DNA of 25,610 nucleotides from a virus (Duplodnaviria; Heunggongvirae; Uroviricota; Caudoviricetes): IMG/VR virus record IMGVR_UViG_2718217884_000005, positions 1 to 25,610 of that record; one strand, 5' to 3'. Shown piece by piece: positions 20,050 to 25,610 of this stretch (position 1 is its first letter; each line of letters starts with the position of its first letter). The notes under the pieces were generated by a model. It saw only the letters and a program-made list of their open reading frames with translations, ran no database searches and was not told where the DNA came from. The position numbers and the translations under genes were made by a program.

Positions 20050-20835
20050 ATGAGTACAGCACTCGCAACGCTGGCTGGGAAGCTGGCTGAACGTGTCGGC
20101 ATGGATTCTGTCGACCCACAGGAACTGATCACCACTCTTCGCCAGACGGCATTTAAAGGTGATGCCAGCGATGCGCAGTTCATCGCATTGTTGATCGTCG
20201 CCAACCAGTACGGCCTTAATCCGTGGACGAAAGAAATTTACGCCTTCCCTGACAAGCAGAACGGCATCGTTCCGGTGGTGGGCGTTGATGGCTGGTCCCG
20301 CATCATCAATGAAAACCAGCAGTTTGATGGCATGGACTTTGAGCAGGACAATGAATCCTGCACATGCCGGATTTACCGCAAGGACCGTAATCATCCGATC
20401 TGCGTTACCGAGTGGATGGATGAATGCCGCCGCGAACCATTCAAAACCCGTGAAGGCAGAGAAATCACGGGGCCGTGGCTGTCGCATCCTAAACGGATGT
20501 TACGGCATAAAGCCATGATTCAGTGTGCCCGTCTCGCCTTCGGATTTGCGGGTATCTATGACAAGGATGAAGCCGAGCGCATTGTCGAAAATACCGCATA
20601 CACTGCAGAACGTCAGCCGGAACGCGACATCACTCCGGTTAACGATGAAACCATGCAGGAGATTAACACTCTGCTGATTGCCTTGGACAAAACATGGGAT
20701 GACGACTTATTGCCGCTCTGTTCCCAGATATTTCGCCGCGACATTCGCGCATCGTCGGAACTGACACAGGCCGAAGCAGTGAAAGCTCTTGGATTCCTGA
20801 AACAGAAAGCCTCTGAACAGAAGGTGGCTGCATGA
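20050..20835 (+). CDS. bet: Bet (Red-beta) single-strand annealing recombinase
   Basis: 261-aa translation matches recalled lambda Bet. Confidence 0.95.
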   Translation: MSTALATLAGKLAERVGMDSVDPQELITTLRQTAFKGDASDAQFIALLIVANQYGLNPWTKEIYAFPDKQNGIVPVVGVDGWSRIINENQQFDGMDFEQDNESCTCRIYRKDRNHPICVTEWMDECRREPFKTREGREITGPWLSHPKRMLRHKAMIQCARLAFGFAGIYDKDEAERIVENTAYTAERQPERDITPVNDETMQEINTLLIALDKTWDDDLLPLCSQIFRRDIRASSELTQAEAVKALGFLKQKASEQKVAA

Positions 20836-21512
20836 CACCGGACATTATCCTGCAGCGTACCGGGATCGACGTGAGAGCTGTCGAACAGGGGGATGATGCG
20901 TGGCACAAATTACGGCTCGGCGTCATCACCGCTTCAGAAGTTCACAATGTGATAGCAAAACCCCGCTCCGGAAAGAAATGGCCTGACATGAAAATGTCCT
21001 ACTTCCACACCCTGCTTGCCGAGGTTTGCACCGGTGTGGCTCCGGAAGTTAACGCTAAGGCGCTGGCCTGGGGAAAACAGTACGAGAACGACGCCAGAGC
21101 CCTCTTTGAGTTCACTTCCGGCGTGAATGTTACTGAATCCCCGATCATCTATCGCGACGAAAGTATGCGCACCGCCTGCTCTCCCGATGGTTTATGCAGT
21201 GACGGCAACGGCCTTGAACTGAAATGCCCGTTTACCTCCCGGGATTTCACGAAATTCCGGCTCGGTGGTTTCGAGGCAATAAAATCGGCTTACATGGCCC
21301 AGGTGCAGTACAGCATGTGGGTGACTCGAAAAGATGCCTGGTACTTTGCCAACTATGACCCGCGCATGAAGCGTGAAGGCCTGCATTATGTCGTGATTGA
21401 GCGGAATGAAAAGTACATGGCGAGTTTTGACGAGATGGTGCCGGAGTTCATCGAAAAAATGGACGAGGCACTGGCTGAAATTGGTTTTGTATTTGGGGAG
21501 CAATGGCGATGA
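20832..21512 (+). CDS. exo: Exo (Red-alpha) 5'-3' exonuclease
   Basis: 226-aa translation matches recalled lambda Exo. Confidence 0.95.
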   Translation: MTPDIILQRTGIDVRAVEQGDDAWHKLRLGVITASEVHNVIAKPRSGKKWPDMKMSYFHTLLAEVCTGVAPEVNAKALAWGKQYENDARALFEFTSGVNVTESPIIYRDESMRTACSPDGLCSDGNGLELKCPFTSRDFTKFRLGGFEAIKSAYMAQVQYSMWVTRKDAWYFANYDPRMKREGLHYVVIERNEKYMASFDEMVPEFIEKMDEALAEIGFVFGEQWR

Positions 21513-21691
21513 AGCATCCTCACGATAATATCCGGGTAGGCGCGATCACTTTCGTCTACTCCGTTACAAAGCGAGGCTGGGTATTTCCCGGCCTTTCTGT
21601 TACCCGAAATCCCCTGAAAGCACAGCGGCTGGCTGAGGAGATAAATAATAAACGGGGAGCTGTATGCACAAAGCATCTCCTGTTGAGTTAA
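21503..21691 (+). CDS. small hypothetical protein (62 aa), early-left operon
   Basis: ORF overlapping the exo stop; typical of the lambdoid small-gene region. Confidence 0.35.
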   Translation: MAMKHPHDNIRVGAITFVYSVTKRGWVFPGLSVTRNPLKAQRLAEEINNKRGAVCTKHLLLS

Positions 21692-21855
21692 GAACGAGCA
21701 TTGAGATGGCACATAGCCTCGCTCAAATTGGAGTCAGGTTTGTGCCAATGCCAGTAGAAACAGACGAAGAATTTCATACGTTAGCCGCATCCCTTTCACA
21801 AAAGCTGGAAATGATGGTGGCGAAAGCAGAAGCAGATGAGAGAGACCAGGTATGA
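21664..21855 (+). CDS. small hypothetical protein (63 aa)
   Basis: ORF in series with neighbouring small genes. Confidence 0.35.
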   Translation: MHKASPVELRTSIEMAHSLAQIGVRFVPMPVETDEEFHTLAASLSQKLEMMVAKAEADERDQV

Positions 21856-21935
21856 CAACCACTGAATGCATTTTTCTGGCAGCGGGCTTCATATTCTGTG
21901 TGCTTATGCTTGCCGACATGGGACTTGTTCAATGA
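21852..21935 (+). CDS. 27-aa hydrophobic peptide (MTTTECIFLAAGFIFCVLMLADMGLVQ)
   Basis: ATGA overlaps with both the upstream and downstream ORFs (translational coupling); single TM-like helix; below the ORF-track cutoff. Confidence 0.35.
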   Translation: MTTTECIFLAAGFIFCVLMLADMGLVQ

Positions 21936-22147
21936 CACCTCAGCAAGAAAACGCCCTTCGCAGTATTGCCCGTCAGGCTAATTCTGAAATCAAAAAAGCC
22001 AGACAGCAGTTTCCGGATAAAAACGTCGATGACATTTGCCGTAGCGTACTGAAGAAGCACCGCGAAACGGTAACGCTGATGGGATTCACACCGACTCATT
22101 TAAGCCTGGCGATCGGCATGTTAAACGGCGTCTTTAAGGAGCGATGA
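21932..22147 (+). CDS. small hypothetical protein (71 aa)
   Basis: ATG at 21932 overlapping the stop of the 27-aa peptide ORF; the track ORF 21866..22147 includes an upstream extension. Confidence 0.35.
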   Translation: MTPQQENALRSIARQANSEIKKARQQFPDKNVDDICRSVLKKHRETVTLMGFTPTHLSLAIGMLNGVFKER

Positions 22148-22245
22148 ACATGAAAAGCAAAATCATCAGGGAGCTACAGGCTCCTTTTTTATTATTCGCA
22201 TTCACCCTCAAGCGTATTAACCAACAATTCAGGGATTAATGGAAG

Positions 22246-22464
22246 ATGGCAGACATCATTGATTCAGCATCAGAAATCGAAGAATTACAGCGCAATACAG
22301 CAATAAAAATGCGTCGTCTGAACCACCAGGTTATATCTGCCACTCATTGTTGTGAGTGTGGCGATCCCATAGATGAACGAAGACGCCTGGCCATTCAGGG
22401 TTGTCGGACTTGTGCAAGTTGCCAGGAGGAGATCGAACTTAAGAACAAACAATGGGGATTGTGA
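22246..22464 (+). CDS. TraR/DksA-family C4 zinc-finger protein
   Basis: 72 aa with CxxC-x17-CxxC (CCECGDPI...CRTCASCQ), as in lambda orf73 / TraR. Confidence 0.8.
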   Translation: MADIIDSASEIEELQRNTAIKMRRLNHQVISATHCCECGDPIDERRRLAIQGCRTCASCQEEIELKNKQWGL

Positions 22465-22511
22465 TGGCCTCAAAGCAGCAAATTTCAACATCGTCCAACT
22501 GAGGTGTAAAA

Positions 22512-22790
22512 ATGTTCAGAATCATTTTTCCTAACACCTGGTACGTCGACCACCACGGCACTCCCTGCAAAATCCTGCGTTCTACCCACAACAAAGTTCA
22601 CTACATCCGAAAAGGCAGAACATGTATCGCCAGCATGTTCCGCTTTAATCATGACTTTGAACCTGTGAATAAAGCTGATGCAGATCGGATAGCAGAAGAG
22701 ATCGAAACGGCAGAACACATTAAGAAGTTACGTGACATGCGTTCAAAAAGCAGAGGTAACCATGGAATCATACAGCCTCACACTCGATGA
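22512..22790 (+). CDS. hypothetical protein (92 aa) upstream of xis
   Basis: ORF with AGGTG-type RBS; 3' end overlaps the xis start; no family recognised. Confidence 0.35.
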   Translation: MFRIIFPNTWYVDHHGTPCKILRSTHNKVHYIRKGRTCIASMFRFNHDFEPVNKADADRIAEEIETAEHIKKLRDMRSKSRGNHGIIQPHTR

Positions 22791-23112
22791 GGCCTGTCAG
22801 TTTCTCAAGATATCCAGACCTACCGCTACCAACTGGATACGAACAGGCCGCCTACAGGCAACACGCAAAGACCCCACTAAACTAAAATCTCCTTACCTCA
22901 CAACACGACAAGCCTGCATTGCGGCGCTTCAGTCTCCGCTGCATACTGTCCAGGTGAGCGCGGGTGATGGCATAACAGAGGAAAGAAAATGTCACTCTTC
23001 CGCAGAGGTGAAATATGGTACGCCAGTTTCACATTGCCGAACGGTAAAAGATTTAAACAGTCTCTTGGAACAAAGGACAAAAGGCAGGCGACAGAACTCC
23101 ATGACAAGCTAA
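22762..23112 (+). CDS. xis: excisionase (P22-type Xis)
   Basis: 116-aa translation from [31 protein letters not shown] closely matches recalled P22 Xis; 3' end overlaps int. Confidence 0.8.
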   Translation: MESYSLTLDEACQFLKISRPTATNWIRTGRLQATRKDPTKLKSPYLTTRQACIAALQSPLHTVQVSAGDGITEERKCHSSAEVKYGTPVSHCRTVKDLNSLLEQRTKGRRQNSMTS

Positions 23113-24152
23113 AGGCTGAAGCATGGCGGGTCAGCAAACTTGGTGAAATACCTGATATAACGTTCGAGGAAGCGTGTGTCAGGTGGCTTGAAGAGAAAGC
23201 ACATAAAAAATCACTGGACGATGACAAAAGCCGGATCGGATTCTGGCTTCAACATTTCGCAGGAATGCAACTAAGAGACATTACTGAATCAAAAATTTAT
23301 TCAGCAATGCAGAAAATGACGAACCGGCGTAATGAGGAAAACTGGAAACTCAGGGCAGAAGCATGCAGAAAAAAAGGGAAACCTGTTCCAGAATACACGC
23401 CAAAACCAGCGTCCGTTGCAACGAAGGCTACGCATCTTTCATTTATAAAGGCCCTACTAAGAGCCGCAGAGCGTGAATGGAAAATGCTGGATAAGGCACC
23501 AATTATTAAAGTGCCTCAACCAAAGAATAAACGGATCCGCTGGCTGGAGCCCCATGAAGCACAAAGGCTGATTGATGAATGTCCGGAGCCATTAAAGTCT
23601 GTTGTTGAATTTGCACTGGCAACAGGCTTAAGACGCTCGAACATCATCAACCTTGAATGGCAACAAATAGACATGCAGCGCCGGGTGGCATGGATAAACC
23701 CGGAAGAGAGTAAATCAAACCGCGCAATTGGCGTTGCGCTGAATGATACTGCATGTCGCGTATTGAAAAAACAAATCGGGAATCATCACCGTTGGGTATT
23801 TGTGTACAAGGAAAGCTGTACCAAACCAGACGGAACGAAAGCGCCAACGGTCAGGAAGATGCGGTATGACGCAAACACAGCCTGGAAAGCGGCGCTGAGA
23901 CGGGCTGGTATTGATGATTTCAGATTTCACGACTTGAGACACACCTGGGCAAGCTGGCTGGTTCAAGCCGGAGTCCCGTTGTCAGTGTTACAGGAAATGG
24001 GAGGCTGGGAGTCTATCGAAATGGTTCGTCGATATGCTCACCTTGCACCTAATCACCTTACCGAACACGCACGGCAAATAGACTCGATCCTGAACCCATC
24101 GGTCCCAAATTTGTCCCAGTCAAAAAATAAGGAAGGTACTAATGATGTGTAA
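22989..24152 (+). CDS. int: tyrosine integrase (P22-type, thrW-specific)
   Basis: 387-aa translation closely matches recalled P22 Int ([10 protein letters not shown]...[11 protein letters not shown]); gene ends 12 bp before the thrW-derived repeat. Confidence 0.95.
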   Translation: MSLFRRGEIWYASFTLPNGKRFKQSLGTKDKRQATELHDKLKAEAWRVSKLGEIPDITFEEACVRWLEEKAHKKSLDDDKSRIGFWLQHFAGMQLRDITESKIYSAMQKMTNRRNEENWKLRAEACRKKGKPVPEYTPKPASVATKATHLSFIKALLRAAEREWKMLDKAPIIKVPQPKNKRIRWLEPHEAQRLIDECPEPLKSVVEFALATGLRRSNIINLEWQQIDMQRRVAWINPEESKSNRAIGVALNDTACRVLKKQIGNHHRWVFVYKESCTKPDGTKAPTVRKMRYDANTAWKAALRRAGIDDFRFHDLRHTWASWLVQAGVPLSVLQEMGGWESIEMVRRYAHLAPNHLTEHARQIDSILNPSVPNLSQSKNKEGTNDV

Positions 24153-24164
24153 CTTATTGATTTA

Positions 24165-24212
24165 AATGGTGCCGATAATAGGAGTCGAACCTACGACCTT
24201 CGCATTACGAAT
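24165..24212. repeat. attachment-site repeat within thrW, partner of 3605..3652
   Basis: 48-bp perfect direct repeat. Confidence 0.85.
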
Positions 24213-24242
24213 GCGCTGCTCTACCAACTGAGCTATATCGGC
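24167..24242 (-). tRNA. thrW: tRNA-Thr (anticodon CGU)
   Basis: reverse complement reads GCCGATATAGCTCAGTTGGTAGAGCAGCGCATTCGTAATGCGAAGGTCGTAGGTTCGACTCCTATTATCGGCACCA, 76 nt with CGT anticodon and CCA end. Confidence 0.9.
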
Positions 24243-24356
24243 CCTGAAAGGACATGTTCACGAACGTGAATCACGGTGGACAAGGTTAAAACTAACCGGG
24301 CGATGCGTCAATGGCCTTGTGAATCAAATGGCTACTTTTGCATCACCCGGTTTTAT

Positions 24357-25610
24357 TTACGCACGAATGGTGTAATCACCAATGCCGATCCACTTGTAAG
24401 TGGTCAGTGCTTCCAGCCCCATTGGGCCACGCGCGTGGAGTTTTTGTGTGCTTACCGCCACTTCCGCACCCAGACCAAACTGGCCGCCGTCGGTAAAACG
24501 CGTAGAGGCGTTAACGTAAACAGCGGACGAATCCACTTCGTTAACAAAACGCTGGGCGTTGCGCATATCGCGGGTCAGGATCGCATCGGAGTGTTGTGTG
24601 CCGTGTTCACGAATATGGGCGATGGCATCGTCAAGATCGCTGACGATTTTGACGTTCAAATCTAATGACAGAAACTCATCGTCATACTCTTCGGCTTTAA
24701 CAGCAACCACCTTCGCAGGGCCTGCCTGCAACTGCGCCAGTGCAGCTGCATCTGCGTGTAATGTCACGCCGCTTTCCGCCATTTGTTTGCTTAATGCGGG
24801 CAGGAAGCTATCGGCGATGTTTTTATTCACCAGCAACGTTTCAACCGTATTACATGTGCTCGGACGCTGAGTTTTCGCGTTGACGATCACTTTTAATGCT
24901 TCAGCGATCTCTACACTTTCATCAACGTAAATATGGCATACGCCTATACCACCTGTGATCACCGGGATTGTCGACTGTTCACGGCACAGTTTATGCAAAC
25001 CAGCGCCACCACGCGGGATCAGCATGTCGATGTATTTATCCATACGCAGCATTTCACTGACCAGCGCACGGTCAGGATTATCAATCGCCTGCACGGCACC
25101 CGCCGGTAAGCCGCAGGATTTCAGGGCGTCCTGAATCACCGCCACCGTTGCAGCGTTAGTGCGACACGTTTCTTTGCCACCGCGCAGGATCACCGCATTA
25201 CCGGTTTTCAGGCACAGCGAAGCGACATCAACCGTCACGTTCGGGCGCGCTTCATAAATCACGCCAATAACCCCCAGCGGTACGCGACGACGCTCAAGAC
25301 GCAGGCCGCTGTCCAGTACGCCGCCATCGATTACCTGCCCCACCGGATCGGCGAGGTTGCACACCTGACGTACATCGTCGGCAATGCCTTTCAGCCGTGC
25401 GGGCGTCAGTGCCAGACGGTCAAGCATCGCTTCGCTAAGGCCATTGGCTCGCGCGTCAGCAACATCCTGGGCGTTAGCGTTGAGGATGATTTCGCTTTGT
25501 GCTTCCAGTTCATCGGCGATTTTTTCCAGCACGCGATTTTTTTCGCGGCTGGAGAGTTGCGCTAATTTATACGAGGCTTGCTTCGCGGCAATGCCCATTT
25601 GTTCCAGCAT
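24357..25610 (-). CDS. proA: gamma-glutamyl phosphate reductase ProA
   Basis: 417-aa translation matches recalled E. coli ProA; start codon is the last three bases of the window. Confidence 0.95.

Noticed and set aside
20017-20929. Minus-strand ORFs across bet and exo (20017..20487, 20613..20906, 20663..20929)
   Set aside because: Antisense to bet and exo, which are near-identical to lambda; shadow ORFs.
24276-24870. Plus-strand ORFs 24276..24665 and 24559..24870
   Set aside because: Antisense to proA, which is full length and highly conserved.

Overview
This window reads as an Escherichia coli-type chromosome at the proA–thrW locus, carrying two stacked mobile elements. (1) Positions 1–3330 are the distal end of a CP4-6/CP4-57-type cryptic island: lipoprotein, antirestriction protein, RadC-like JAB protein, DUF987 protein and a CbeA/CbtA type IV toxin–antitoxin pair, followed by a terminator. 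(2) Positions ~3605–24212 are a ~20.6 kb defective lambdoid prophage integrated in tRNA-Thr (thrW), bounded by 48-bp direct repeats. It has a P22-type int/xis, TraR-like gene, lambda Red (gam-bet-exo), a cI-like repressor with divergent Cro-like and CII/YdaT-like genes, lambda-type O (with ori iterons) and P, a DLP12-type nin block (ybcN-ninE-ybcO-rusA-ylcG), a Q-position gene and a holin. All morphogenesis genes are missing: an endolysin N-terminal fragment abuts a tail-fibre C-terminal fragment, followed by tfa. AT-rich cargo sits at three classic moron positions. The best candidate for an undescribed system is a 287-aa orphan gene (18125–18988) directly downstream of cI and closed by a strong terminator, i.e. 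the lambda rexAB-equivalent slot. The other cargo is a two-lipoprotein operon plus an outer-membrane beta-barrel gene replacing ren, and an AraC regulator / acyltransferase-3 pair split by a complete IS5. (3) thrW and a full-length proA lie at the right edge. All calls rest on reading the sequence and translations and on recalled protein families; no database search was run.
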